Origin: Paracoccus sp. (in: a-proteobacteria)
GTDB lineage: Bacteria; Pseudomonadota; Alphaproteobacteria; Rhodobacterales; Rhodobacteraceae
Reading direction: 5' to 3'
Length of the DNA stretch: 64,000 bases
Assembly: GCF_047605025.1 (NCBI RefSeq)
Contig: NZ_JASGGO010000015.1
Span: forward strand, 2,970-66,969
Position numbers and translations under genes: made by a program. Shown here piece after piece: positions 54,027 to 63,215 of the stretch; position 1 is the stretch's first letter; each line of letters opens with the position of its first letter. A model generated the notes under the pieces. That model saw only the letters and a program-made list of their open reading frames with translations. It had not been told where the DNA came from and made no database searches.

Positions 54027-54050
54027 CGGAAAAATAACGCTATTTTTCCG
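54027..54050. other. Perfect 10-bp AT-rich palindrome CGGAAAAATA-acgc-TATTTTTCCG
   Basis: Read directly, ~165 nt upstream of the rpmF ATG. Confidence 0.4.
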
Positions 54051-54115
54051 CCTTCATTCGACCGGCGGGGGATGACCCGGACCGAAGGCCCCCGTGCGCG
54101 CGATACGTTTCGCGC

Positions 54116-54144
54116 CTTGCGGCTGACGCTCTTCTGGCCTATGC
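54116..54144 (+). promoter_or_regulatory. Candidate promoter of rpmF-plsX-fabH
   Basis: CTTGCG-N17-CTATGC against CTTGAC-N17-CTATAT. About 65-nt leader. Confidence 0.3.
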
Positions 54145-54215
54145 CCCGCCCCAGACCCGAAATCAGAATCCGGGGCCGCCTTTCCGCCGCCCCCCGAACC
54201 CCTTGAGGATGTGAC

Positions 54216-54422
54216 ATGGCTGTCCCTCAGAACCGAGTTACCCGGTCCCGCCGCAACATGCGTCGCTCGCACGATGCGCTGGTCGCCGGCAACCCGAACG
54301 AATGCACCAATTGCGGCGAATTGAAGCGTCCGCATCACGTCTGCCCCTCCTGCGGTCATTACGATGGCCGTGAGGTCGTGGCGCAGGCCAATGAAGTCGA
54401 TCTGGACGACGACGCGGCATAA
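54216..54422 (+). CDS. rpmF: 50S ribosomal protein L32
   Basis: [19 protein letters not shown]... with CxxC...CxxC zinc ribbon. Confidence 0.95.
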   Translation: MAVPQNRVTRSRRNMRRSHDALVAGNPNECTNCGELKRPHHVCPSCGHYDGREVVAQANEVDLDDDAA

Positions 54423-54439
54423 GCGGACCGACCGCGGAC

Positions 54440-55549
54440 ATGTCATCGCCGAAGGCCACGACCAGTCCGCGCGCCCCCGACTCCAGGGGCAGCGTGGTGA
54501 TATCCGTTGACGCGATGGGCGGCGACCGCGGCCCTGCCGCGGTTGTCGCGGGCATTGCCGAAAGCGCCCTGAAGAACCCGGACATCCGCTTCATCCTGCA
54601 CGGCCCCCGGACCGAGCTGGAACGGCTGATGGCACGCCGTGACGATCTGTTGGCGCGCTGCGATATCCGCGACGCCAGCGGCGTCGTGACCATGTCGGAC
54701 AAGCCCAGCCAGATCGTGCGCAAGGGCCAGGACACCTCGATGTGGTCCGCCCTGGAATCCGTCCGCAATGGCGAGGCGACCGTCGCCGTCTCCTGCGGGA
54801 ACACCGGCGCGCTGATGGCGCTGTCGATGCTGCGCCTGCGCAAGCTGCCGGGCGTCAACCGCCCCGCCATCGCCTGCCTCTGGCCCTCGCGCAATCCGCA
54901 GGGCTTCAACGTCATGCTGGACGTGGGCGCCGACATCCGTGCCGACGCCCAGGATCTGCTGACCTATGCGCTGATGGGCGCTTCCTATGCCCGCAACGGG
55001 CTGGGGCTGGACCGACCCCGCGTCGGCCTGCTGAATGTCGGCACCGAAGAGCACAAGGGCCGTGCCGAGCTGAAGCAGGCGCATGAACTGATCGGCCAGA
55101 CCGCCGAGACGGGCAGTTTCGAATATGTCGGCTTCGTCGAAGGCGGAGACCTGCCCTCGGCCCGCGCCGATGTGATCGTGACTGACGGCTTCACCGGAAA
55201 TATCGCCTTGAAAACCGGCGAGGGCACGGCCAAGCTGATGGGGGATTTCCTGAAGGAAGCCTTCAACAACTCGATCATGTCGAAATTCGCCGCGCTGCTC
55301 GCCATGACCTCGCTCAAGCGGCTGCAAAAGCGCATCGACCCGCGCCGCGTGAATGGCGGCGTGTTTCTTGGTCTGAACGGCACCGTCGTCAAGTCGCACG
55401 GCTCGGCCGATGCGACAGGCGTATCGGCCGCGATCAAGCTGGCTTTCCAACTGGCGCAATCCGGTTTTCACGACCGGCTGGCCGCCCGCGTGGCGCAATC
55501 GCTTGCGCCCGCCACCCAGGCCCACGACGAAGATATGAATGCGAAGTGA
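54440..55549 (+). CDS. plsX: Phosphate acyltransferase PlsX
   Basis: ISVDAMGGDRGP, CGNTGALMA and GFTGNIALK blocks. Confidence 0.95.
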   Translation: MSSPKATTSPRAPDSRGSVVISVDAMGGDRGPAAVVAGIAESALKNPDIRFILHGPRTELERLMARRDDLLARCDIRDASGVVTMSDKPSQIVRKGQDTSMWSALESVRNGEATVAVSCGNTGALMALSMLRLRKLPGVNRPAIACLWPSRNPQGFNVMLDVGADIRADAQDLLTYALMGASYARNGLGLDRPRVGLLNVGTEEHKGRAELKQAHELIGQTAETGSFEYVGFVEGGDLPSARADVIVTDGFTGNIALKTGEGTAKLMGDFLKEAFNNSIMSKFAALLAMTSLKRLQKRIDPRRVNGGVFLGLNGTVVKSHGSADATGVSAAIKLAFQLAQSGFHDRLAARVAQSLAPATQAHDEDMNAK

Positions 55550-55565
55550 ACAAGGGGGCGTGCTG

Positions 55566-56537
55566 ATGCGGCGTGCGATCGTCCGGGGCACCGGCCATTA
55601 CCTTCCCGAGCGCGTGGTCCCGAACAGCTGGTTCGAGGACAAGCTCGACACCACCGACGAATGGATCCGCGCGCGCACGGGGATCGAACAGCGCCATTTC
55701 GCCGCCCCCGACCAGCGCAGCAGCGATCTGGGCATCGCCGCAGCGAAGGCCGCGCTGGCCAAGGCCGGGATGGGCGCCGACCAGATCGACGCGATCATCG
55801 TCGCCACATCGACCCCGGACTTCACCTTCCCCTCGGTCGCGACCATGGTGCAGGCGGGGCTGGGCATGACGCGCGGCTTCGCTTTCGACGTTCAGGCGGT
55901 CTGCGCGGGCTTCGTCTTCGCGTTGGCCAATGCCGACGCGATGATCCGCGCGGGCCAGGCAGACCGCGTTCTGGTCATCGGGGCCGAGACGTTCAGCCGC
56001 ATCATGGACTGGACCGACCGCGGCACCTGCGTGCTGTTCGGAGACGGCGCCGGCGCCGTGGTGCTGGAAGTCGCCGAAGGCAGCGGCACCTCCGAGGATC
56101 GCGGCATTCTCGCCGCCGATCTGAACAGCGACGGGCAATATCGCGAATTGCTTCATGTCGACGGCGGCGTCGGCTCGACCGGCACGGCGGGCTGCCTGCG
56201 CATGCAGGGCAATCTGGTCTTTCGCCACGCGGTGGAGAAGCTGGCCCAGACGGCGCATCGCGCGCTGGCCCGCGCCGGGCTGACCGAGGATCAGGTCGAT
56301 TGGCTGGTCCCCCACCAGGCCAATCTGCGCATCATCGAATCGACCGCCAAGCGCATGCATCTGCCGCTGGAAAAGGTGGTGCTGACGGTGGCGCAGCACG
56401 GCAACACCTCGGCCGCCTCGATTCCTCTGGCCCTGTCGGTCGCCGATTCGCAAAACCGCTTCCAGCCCGGCCAGATCGTGGTCGCCGAGGCCATCGGCGG
56501 CGGCCTCGCCTGGGGTTCCATCGTCCTGCGCTGGTAA
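55566..56537 (+). CDS. fabH: 3-oxoacyl-ACP synthase III
   Basis: VQAVCAGFVFAL (active Cys), PHQANLRI, GNTSAASIPLAL. Confidence 0.95.
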   Translation: MRRAIVRGTGHYLPERVVPNSWFEDKLDTTDEWIRARTGIEQRHFAAPDQRSSDLGIAAAKAALAKAGMGADQIDAIIVATSTPDFTFPSVATMVQAGLGMTRGFAFDVQAVCAGFVFALANADAMIRAGQADRVLVIGAETFSRIMDWTDRGTCVLFGDGAGAVVLEVAEGSGTSEDRGILAADLNSDGQYRELLHVDGGVGSTGTAGCLRMQGNLVFRHAVEKLAQTAHRALARAGLTEDQVDWLVPHQANLRIIESTAKRMHLPLEKVVLTVAQHGNTSAASIPLALSVADSQNRFQPGQIVVAEAIGGGLAWGSIVLRW

Positions 56538-56813
56538 TCAGCGCAGTTGCGAATCCTTCGAGCCGCGCCGATTGATCCCGGCCTGCGGCTTGAACTTTTT
56601 GTCCCGCCCCGACTGGCAGGCCACGCAAAGCCGCACCCCCGGCAATGCCCGGCGCCGCGCCTCGGGAATCGGCTCGTCGCATTCGGCGCAGAATTCCGCG
56701 CCTTCACCCGAAACACGCGCGGAATTGCGCAGTCGCATCCGCTCGATCGCCTCGCGCGTCGAGACATCGATCTGATCGTTCACCGCATCGTCGCGGGTCC
56801 ATCCACCAGCCAT
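56538..56813 (-). CDS. DksA/TraR-family C4 zinc-finger protein
   Basis: CAECDEPIPEARRRALPGVRLCVACQ. The stop abuts the fabH stop with zero spacing. Confidence 0.85.
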   Translation of the reverse strand: MAGGWTRDDAVNDQIDVSTREAIERMRLRNSARVSGEGAEFCAECDEPIPEARRRALPGVRLCVACQSGRDKKFKPQAGINRRGSKDSQLR

Positions 56814-57009
56814 GATCCCGGCCCCCTTTCGCGCCGCTGCCCCATAGGTAGGCGCAAATTCCGCCCGTCAAACCGCATCAGCCGAACCGCACTTCTAAGA
56901 CGCGAATATGATGGGCGAATTTCCGTCATAAAGGAACCTGAATCAGTGGCGCTTGTTGACAGGGAATGGCAAAGAAGATCATCCTCGTTTCACAAGAGAG
57001 GTATTTCTG

Positions 57010-57318
57010 ATGAGTGAAACCACCCTGACCCGCATGGATCTGGCCGAAGCCGTTTTCCGCGAAGTCGGCCTCTCGCGGCACGAATCGGCCCAATTGGTGG
57101 AAAGCGTGCTTGCGCATATCTCGGACGCATTGGTGCGGGGCGAGCAGGTCAAGATCTCGTCCTTCGGCACCTTCTCGGTGCGCGACAAGAACGAGCGTAT
57201 CGGCCGCAACCCCAAGACCGGCGAAGAGGTGCCGATCACGCCCCGCCGGGTGCTGTCCTTCCGTCCTTCGCATCTGATGAAGGACCGGGTTGCCGCCGGC
57301 AACAAGAACGGTAGCTGA
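57010..57318 (+). CDS. ihfA: Integration host factor alpha subunit
   Basis: [11 protein letters not shown]...[38 protein letters not shown]. Confidence 0.95.
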   Translation: MSETTLTRMDLAEAVFREVGLSRHESAQLVESVLAHISDALVRGEQVKISSFGTFSVRDKNERIGRNPKTGEEVPITPRRVLSFRPSHLMKDRVAAGNKNGS

Positions 57319-57899
57319 TGGTCAAATCGCCCGACGCCTTCCGCTCGATCGGCGAAGTCTCGCGAATGGTGGGCGTTGCGCCGCATGTGCTGCGTTACTG
57401 GGAAACCCAGTTCAGCCAGTTATCCCCGGTCAAGCGCGGCGACGGCCGACGCTATTACCGCCCCGAGGACGTGCGCCTGGCCGCCGGCCTTTGCCAGATC
57501 CTGCGCGAAGAGGGGCTGAGCATTCGCGGCGCCAAGCGGATGCTCGCGTCCGACCGGGGCGAGCGGTTGCGCCGTCTGGGCGCCGTCCGCCTGGGCGAGG
57601 CGGTGGCCAGGACCAAACCCGCCCCCGCAGCAGCCCCCGCGCAGATTGAAACGCCGCCGCCGCGCGCATTCGCGCCATACGAATCCCAGGCCCCCCAATC
57701 CCCGGTCTGCGAATCCTCTCTACCGGGTCCGAAAGCCGAATCCCGCCCCGATCCCGGCGCGGCTCCCGCCGCGCCCCTCTGGCTGGCGCGCCTGGCCGCG
57801 ACAGGGGCAAGACTCCGGGCCAGAAACGACCTGCCCCCGCACCTTCAGACCGCGCTGACCCCGCTGCGCTCGGCCCTTGCGGCCGGGCCACGCTCCTGA
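57318..57899 (+). CDS. MerR-family transcriptional regulator
   Basis: FRSIGEVSRMVGVAPHVLRYWETQF HTH. The start shares 1 nt with the ihfA stop. Confidence 0.87.
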   Translation: MVKSPDAFRSIGEVSRMVGVAPHVLRYWETQFSQLSPVKRGDGRRYYRPEDVRLAAGLCQILREEGLSIRGAKRMLASDRGERLRRLGAVRLGEAVARTKPAPAAAPAQIETPPPRAFAPYESQAPQSPVCESSLPGPKAESRPDPGAAPAAPLWLARLAATGARLRARNDLPPHLQTALTPLRSALAAGPRS

Positions 57900-57976
57900 A
57901 TATCCAGGCTTTTGCAGGGCTATGCGTCCCCCGCGGCAATCATCCTGGTTTCGAGCGATTTTTCTGCCCTCCGCCC

Positions 57977-58006
57977 CTTGTGCTTGGCTGCGCCTTCGCT
58001 CTATAT
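57977..58006 (+). promoter_or_regulatory. Candidate promoter of tRNA-Pro
   Basis: CTTGTG-N18-CTATAT (perfect alpha-type -10), ending 9 nt before the mature tRNA 5' end. Confidence 0.5.
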
Positions 58007-58015
58007 GCCCCTCGT

Positions 58016-58093
58016 CGGGCCGTGGCGCAGCCTGGTTAGCGCGTCCGTCTGGGGGGCGGAAGGCCGCGAGTTCGAATCTCGCCGGCCCGACCA
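58016..58093 (+). tRNA. tRNA-Pro (anticodon GGG)
   Basis: Acceptor CGGGCCG/CGGCCCG, D-stem GCGC/GCGC, anticodon stem TCCGT/GCGGA with loop CTGGGGG, T-arm GCGAG-TTCGAAT-CTCGC, encoded CCA. Confidence 0.93.
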
Positions 58094-58153
58094 TTCCGAA
58101 AACGCCCATCCTCGGCCGAGGGTGGGCGTTTCCTTTTGCCGAAAGGGTTCCGC

Positions 58154-59221
58154 ATGAGCGGCGTTCTGCCTGATCTGTCCCTGCGCCGCCTGATCGAGCA
58201 GGGCGCGATCCGGGCCGAGACTCGGATCCTCTCCGAACAGATCCAGCCCGCCAGCCTTGACCTGAGGCTGGGCAACACTGCCTGGCGGCTTCGGGCGTCC
58301 TTCCTGGCCGGGCATGGCCGCAAGGTCAGCGACCGGCTCGCGGATTTCGAGATGCATCGGATGGACCTTTCGCAGGGCGCCGTCCTGGAAAAGGGCTGCG
58401 TCTACCTGGTGCCGCTGCTGGAACGCCTGGCCCTGCCCCAGGGCCTGGACGCGGTCGCCAATGCCAAAAGCTCGACCGGGCGGCTGGATCTTCTGACCCG
58501 GCTCGTGACCGACGAGGGCACCGAATTCGACCGCCTGCCCCCCGGCTATGACGGCCCGCTTTATGCCGAGATCTGCCCGCGCAGTTTCTCGGTCCTCGTC
58601 CGTCCCGGCATGCGCCTGAACCAGCTTCGCCTGCGTGAAGGTCAGGCGCAACTCAGCGATGCCGATCTGCGCGCGCTTCACGCCCGCCAACCACTGGTCC
58701 GCGGCGAGGCCCTGATCGACGAGGGCCTGGGCTTCTCGGTCGATCTGCGCCCCGCGCGCGGTGATCTGGTCGGCTATCGTGCCCGCCCGCATAGCGGCGT
58801 GATCGACCTCGACCGCATCGGGGCCTATCCGGCCCGCGACTTCTGGGACGAGCTTCGCACCACCGACGGCCGGCTCATCCTGGATCCTGGCGCCTTCTAT
58901 ATCCTGGTCAGCCGCGAATCGGTCGCGATCCCGCCCGATTACGCCGCCGAGATGGCGCCTTACCTGGCGATGGCGGGTGAATTCCGGGTGCATTACGCCG
59001 GCTTCTTCGATCCCGGTTTCGGCCATGGCGCGGCGGGCCAGGGCGCGCGCGGCGTCCTTGAGGTCCGTTGCCACGAAGCGCCCTTCGCCCTTGAGCATGG
59101 TCAGGTCGTGGGCCGCCTTGTCTATGAGCGCATGGCCGCGCGGCCCGAACGGCTTTACGGCGCCGGGATCGCCTCGAATTATCAGGGCCAGGGCCTGAAG
59201 CTGGCCAAGCAATTCGCTTGA
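58154..59221 (+). CDS. 2'-deoxycytidine 5'-triphosphate deaminase, long (~355 aa) alphaproteobacterial form
   Basis: N-terminus MSGVLPD..LRRLIEQGAI...IQPASLDLRLG and C-terminal dUTPase-fold-like blocks, recognised from memory of the family. Confidence 0.82.
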   Translation: MSGVLPDLSLRRLIEQGAIRAETRILSEQIQPASLDLRLGNTAWRLRASFLAGHGRKVSDRLADFEMHRMDLSQGAVLEKGCVYLVPLLERLALPQGLDAVANAKSSTGRLDLLTRLVTDEGTEFDRLPPGYDGPLYAEICPRSFSVLVRPGMRLNQLRLREGQAQLSDADLRALHARQPLVRGEALIDEGLGFSVDLRPARGDLVGYRARPHSGVIDLDRIGAYPARDFWDELRTTDGRLILDPGAFYILVSRESVAIPPDYAAEMAPYLAMAGEFRVHYAGFFDPGFGHGAAGQGARGVLEVRCHEAPFALEHGQVVGRLVYERMAARPERLYGAGIASNYQGQGLKLAKQFA

Positions 59222-59236
59222 CCGGCCTTCCGCTTG

Positions 59237-59261
59237 CCCCAATACCGAGCCAGTATCGGGG
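59237..59261. terminator. Imperfect hairpin between convergent dcd-like gene and small ORF
   Basis: CCCCAATAC-cgagcca-GTATCGGGG with one mismatch. Confidence 0.35.
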
Positions 59262-59272
59262 GGGTAACCCGC

Positions 59273-59470
59273 TTACTTCCCGATCCGCCGGGTGATCCGC
59301 GCCGCCTGCCGCGCGCGCTTGACCGCCATGCGCGCGGCCTTTTCGCGCCCGCGCTGCTGGGGCGTCTGGCGACCATCCGCCGACTGGTTCATCTTGCGGA
59401 TGCCCAGGTTCAAAAGCCGGTTCGTCAATATCCGGGCCAGCATGCCGAAAAGTCTATTCGCATTCATCAT
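59273..59470 (-). CDS. Small basic protein (65 aa, Arg/Lys-rich), unknown family
   Basis: ATG 6 nt after the scpB stop with AGGAG formed by TAGGAGCGGATG. GC-rich third positions through most of the ORF. Confidence 0.55.
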   Translation of the reverse strand: MMNANRLFGMLARILTNRLLNLGIRKMNQSADGRQTPQQRGREKAARMAVKRARQAARITRRIGK

Positions 59471-59476
59471 CCGCTC

Positions 59477-60100
59477 CTACTCGTCCTCGAACAGATCCTC
59501 GGCGGCGACCGGCTCGTCCTCTACCTGGGCCGACATCGGCCCCAGGGGCCGCGATTCCAGCAGCCCCGCCGCGCGCAATTCGGCAAGACCCGGCAGGTCG
59601 CGGGCGCTTTCCAGCCCGAAATGATCCAGGAAACTTTCGGTCACGACAAAGGTGACGGGGCGGCCCGGCGTCTGCCGCCGCCGCCCGATGCGGACCCATT
59701 CCAGTTCGATCAACTGGTCCAGCGTCCCCCGGCTTAGCGCGACGCCGCGAATTTCCTCGATCTCGGCGCGGGTGACCGGCTGGTGATAGGCGATGATCGC
59801 CAGCGTCTCGGTCGCGGCCCGCGACAGGCGCCGGCTCTCGACCGTGGCCTCCTGCATCAGGAAACCCAGATCCGCCGCCGTGCGAAAGGCCCAAGCCTCG
59901 CCCACGCGGGCCAGCGTCACCCCCCGCCCCTCATAGCGCCGCCGCAGACAGGCCAGCGCCTCGGCCACGTCGCAGCCCTTGGGCAGGCGGGCCGCGATCT
60001 CGCGCAGGCCCATCGGCTCGGCGGCGGCGAAAAGCACCGCCTCGACCATGCGCTCCTGCTGGTCCAGAGGCGGTGGCGGGAAGGTTTCCAGATCGGTCAT
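59477..60100 (-). CDS. scpB: Segregation and condensation protein B
   Basis: EAVLFAAAEPM...ETLAIIAYHQPVTRAEIEEIRGV winged-helix blocks. 4-nt overlap with scpA. Confidence 0.92.
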   Translation of the reverse strand: MTDLETFPPPPLDQQERMVEAVLFAAAEPMGLREIAARLPKGCDVAEALACLRRRYEGRGVTLARVGEAWAFRTAADLGFLMQEATVESRRLSRAATETLAIIAYHQPVTRAEIEEIRGVALSRGTLDQLIELEWVRIGRRRQTPGRPVTFVVTESFLDHFGLESARDLPGLAELRAAGLLESRPLGPMSAQVEDEPVAAEDLFEDE

Positions 60101-60948
60101 TCGGGACGCCTGCGGATCGAAAGGGGGGCGAAGGTGCCCGATTGCTGAAGCTCAAGCTTGCCCTGGCGCGCCAGTTCCAGGCTGGCGGCGAAGGTCGCGG
60201 CGGTGGCCGAGCGGCGACGGCCCTGATCGGCGCCCCAGCCTTCGGGCAGGAACTCGGCCAGGTCGGTCCACCCCCCGACATAGCCCAGCAGCCCGCGCAG
60301 CCGGTCCAAAGCCTGCTCCATGGTGAAGATGTCGCGCCGGTCGAAGGCAAAGGGCCGGAACTCGTCTCGCGTGCGCAGCCGGGCATAGGCGCGCATCAGA
60401 TCGATCAGCCCCGCCTGCCAGGACACGCGGCGGGCGCGCAGCACCGTTTCCGGGGCGCCCCGCGCGAACCGCTGATGGCCCAGCCGGTCGCGGGCCATCA
60501 GCCGCGCCGCCATCTCGCGCATGGCCTGCAAACGCTCAAGCTGGAAGGCCAGATGCGCGGCCATCTCCTCGGCGCTGGGACCTTCGGCCTCGGGATCGGG
60601 CGGCAGCAGCAGCCGTGATTTCAGGAAGGCCAGCCAGGCCGCCATGACCAGGTAATCCGCCGCCAGTTCGATGCGCAACTCTCGTGCCTGATCGACGAAG
60701 TTCAGATATTGGTCCACCAGTTGCAGAACCGAAATCTGCATCAGATCGACCTTTTGCGTCCGCGAAAGGGTCAGCAGCAGGTCCAGCGGGCCTTCGAAGC
60801 CCGAGACATCGACGACCAGAACCTCATCGGCCTGCCGCTCGGCCACGCTTTGCGGCGCCTCGCCGGGCACCGGGGTCAGATAGGGCACCTTGATCATGGC
60901 CAGAGGGACACGCGCTTGCACCGGGGCAGAATCGGACGGGGCGGCCAA
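60097..60948 (-). CDS. scpA: Segregation and condensation protein A
   Basis: FEGPLDLLLTLSRTQKVDLMQISVLQLVDQYL. The track start is TTG at 60948; an alternative ATG lies at 60897. Confidence 0.9.
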   Translation of the reverse strand: MAAPSDSAPVQARVPLAMIKVPYLTPVPGEAPQSVAERQADEVLVVDVSGFEGPLDLLLTLSRTQKVDLMQISVLQLVDQYLNFVDQARELRIELAADYLVMAAWLAFLKSRLLLPPDPEAEGPSAEEMAAHLAFQLERLQAMREMAARLMARDRLGHQRFARGAPETVLRARRVSWQAGLIDLMRAYARLRTRDEFRPFAFDRRDIFTMEQALDRLRGLLGYVGGWTDLAEFLPEGWGADQGRRRSATAATFAASLELARQGKLELQQSGTFAPLSIRRRPE

Positions 60949-60960
60949 GCTGTCAACCGC

Positions 60961-61947
60961 TTAGGCCGCAAGCCCGCCAAGCGCGCGCAATTCCCGCCGC
61001 AATTCGGCCAGGTCCAGCGCGCCGGCAGGCTGGCGCAGCGCCAGGGCGCCTGCCGCGCGGCGCTTGGCGTCAGGCGACAGCCTGCCCGAGGCGGCGACGA
61101 TCCCCTCCATCTGCGCCAAGGTCTCGTTGCAGGACAGGACCAGATCGCAGCCCGCCGCGACGCTGGCCGCCGCACGCTCGGCCAGCGAACCTTGCAGCGC
61201 CTGCATCCCGATATCGTCGGACATCAGCAGCCCGTCGAAACCTATCCAGTCGCGGATCATGCGGATCACCGGGGCCGAGGCGGTGGCCGGCGCATCGTCC
61301 AGCGCGGTGAAGCGGATATGCGCCGTCATCGCCATGGGCAGATCCGCCAGCGCCCGGAACGGCGCGAAATCGCTGTCCTGCAATTCGGGCAAGGGCGCCT
61401 CGACCACGGGCAGGTCCTTGTGGCTGTCCACCCGCGCCCGGCCATGGCCCGGCATGTGCTTGATCACCGGCAGCACGCCCGAGGCCAAAAGCGCATCCGC
61501 CGCGATCCGGCCGCGCCGGGCCACGCTGTCCACATCGGTCCCCAGGCAGCGGTTCCTTAAGAACGGATGGGTCTCGTCGCGGGCAATGTCCAGCACCGGA
61601 GCGCAATCGGCGTCGATGCCCATGGCACGCAATTCCTGGCCCAGCAGCAGGTGATGCAGCCAGATGGCGCGGTCGCCGCGCCCGGCCTGCTCCAGCGGCG
61701 GCGGGAAATCGGTCCAATGCGGGGCACGCATCCGCTGAACGCGCCCCCCCTCCTGGTCGATCAGGACCGGGGCATCGCGTCCCACCGCCTCGCGCAGCGC
61801 GCCGGTCAGCCGGCGCAGCCGCTCAGGCGTGTCGATATTGCGGCCGAACAGGATGAAACCCCAAGGATCGGCGGCGCGAAAGAAATCGCGCTCGGCCCCG
61901 CTCAGGTCGGGACCGGCGATGCCGCCCAGGATCGTCGCGCCGGCCAT
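60961..61947 (-). CDS. nagZ: Beta-N-acetylhexosaminidase (GH3)
   Basis: GFILFGRNI, IDQEGGRVQR and KHMPGHGRA blocks. ATG at 61945-61947 shares 1 nt with the upstream stop. Confidence 0.92.
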   Translation of the reverse strand: MAGATILGGIAGPDLSGAERDFFRAADPWGFILFGRNIDTPERLRRLTGALREAVGRDAPVLIDQEGGRVQRMRAPHWTDFPPPLEQAGRGDRAIWLHHLLLGQELRAMGIDADCAPVLDIARDETHPFLRNRCLGTDVDSVARRGRIAADALLASGVLPVIKHMPGHGRARVDSHKDLPVVEAPLPELQDSDFAPFRALADLPMAMTAHIRFTALDDAPATASAPVIRMIRDWIGFDGLLMSDDIGMQALQGSLAERAAASVAAGCDLVLSCNETLAQMEGIVAASGRLSPDAKRRAAGALALRQPAGALDLAELRRELRALGGLAA

Positions 61948-63140
61948 TACTTGGCGGTGGCGGGGATGCAGTCCACGCCCTCGGCGATCAGCGCGGCGCA
62001 GAAGCGGCGTGCCTCTTCTTTCGAGGTGAAGCCCCCCGCCCGCAGGCGCCAGAAGGTGCGGCCATTGGCCTTGTGCTCTTGCACCACCATGGATTTGCCC
62101 GAGAAAAGTCCGCCGAACTTGCCCGAGACACGGTTCCATTCGCCGCGCGCCAGCTTGTCGCTGTCGAAGGCACCGATCTGGGCCATGGACGACCCCGATG
62201 CGGATTTGGCCGGGGCGGCAGCAGGCGGCGCATCCTGGGCGGGCGCGGCGGCGGTAGCGCGCGAGGGCGGGGCGGCGGGGCGGCTTTCGCTGACCGCCGG
62301 AGCCGCGGCGCTGGCAGCAGCAGCAGCGGGCACCGGGGCTGAAGTCGCCCGCGCGACCACGCGGCGCGGGCGCGGCGCGGGACGCTCGGATTGCGGCACC
62401 GCAGGGGCGGGCACGGCGGCCTGCGCCTCGACCAGGGCCTGCGCGATGGCGTTCTCCTCGGGCTCTTGCCCGGAAAGGTCGGTCAGTGCCTCGTTCACGG
62501 GCGCCTCGGCAGCCGGCGCGTCGCTGATCATGGCATTGGCGACGGCATCCTCTTCCTCGGTGGTCTCGACCGGCGCGGGCCTGCCGTCGGGGCGGGCGAT
62601 GACGCGGGCGGTCTCTTCCAGCGGCGGCAGTTCCACGGCGCGCGAGGGCGCCTGGGCGGTCGCGCCCAGAACGCCCATGGCGACATCCTGTGCCTCAAGC
62701 CCGGTGGCGCCGGGGGCGATCGCCACCTTGTCCACATCGCGGGGCTTGGCACCGGCGGCGACGGTATTGACCGCCAGGCCCAGACGGTCGGTCAGTTCGC
62801 CGCCCGGATCGTCGGGCGCGGTCCGCGCCTCGCCTTGCAGCGCGCGGATCACCGGCACGCCCGAGACATCGCGCACCACCAGCTTGAAGCCCCAGACCGC
62901 CAGCACGATGATCAGCCCGACCGAGATCAGCGCGCCGAGATAATGCGTCAACCGCGACAGGCGCTGTCGCATGCTGGGCGGGCCAAGCAAGGCGGGATCG
63001 TGGTCCCCGCTCCATTCCTGATCCTGCCAGGCATCGAATTGAGAATCCTCGCCCCGGCTCTCGCCATAGGGAAAGTCTTGCGGCTGCCGCCGGGACTGAT
63101 CGCCTTGGAACCCGCCAGAGCGGAAATCTACTACTGCCAT
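61947..63140 (-). CDS. SPOR-domain protein (one TM helix, Ala/Pro-rich linker, C-terminal SPOR)
   Basis: TM LTHYLGALISVGLIIVLAVWGF. C-terminus MAQIGAFDSDKLARGEW...TFWRLRAGGFTSKEEARRFCAAL. Confidence 0.8.
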   Translation of the reverse strand: MAVVDFRSGGFQGDQSRRQPQDFPYGESRGEDSQFDAWQDQEWSGDHDPALLGPPSMRQRLSRLTHYLGALISVGLIIVLAVWGFKLVVRDVSGVPVIRALQGEARTAPDDPGGELTDRLGLAVNTVAAGAKPRDVDKVAIAPGATGLEAQDVAMGVLGATAQAPSRAVELPPLEETARVIARPDGRPAPVETTEEEDAVANAMISDAPAAEAPVNEALTDLSGQEPEENAIAQALVEAQAAVPAPAVPQSERPAPRPRRVVARATSAPVPAAAAASAAAPAVSESRPAAPPSRATAAAPAQDAPPAAAPAKSASGSSMAQIGAFDSDKLARGEWNRVSGKFGGLFSGKSMVVQEHKANGRTFWRLRAGGFTSKEEARRFCAALIAEGVDCIPATAK

Positions 63141-63215
63141 GCCTATGCCTGCCTGCCGGTTCGCCCGGATGTTATGCTGCTCGTTACTCTGCTTGCCCCG
63201 GCAGGCGGCTGTTTG

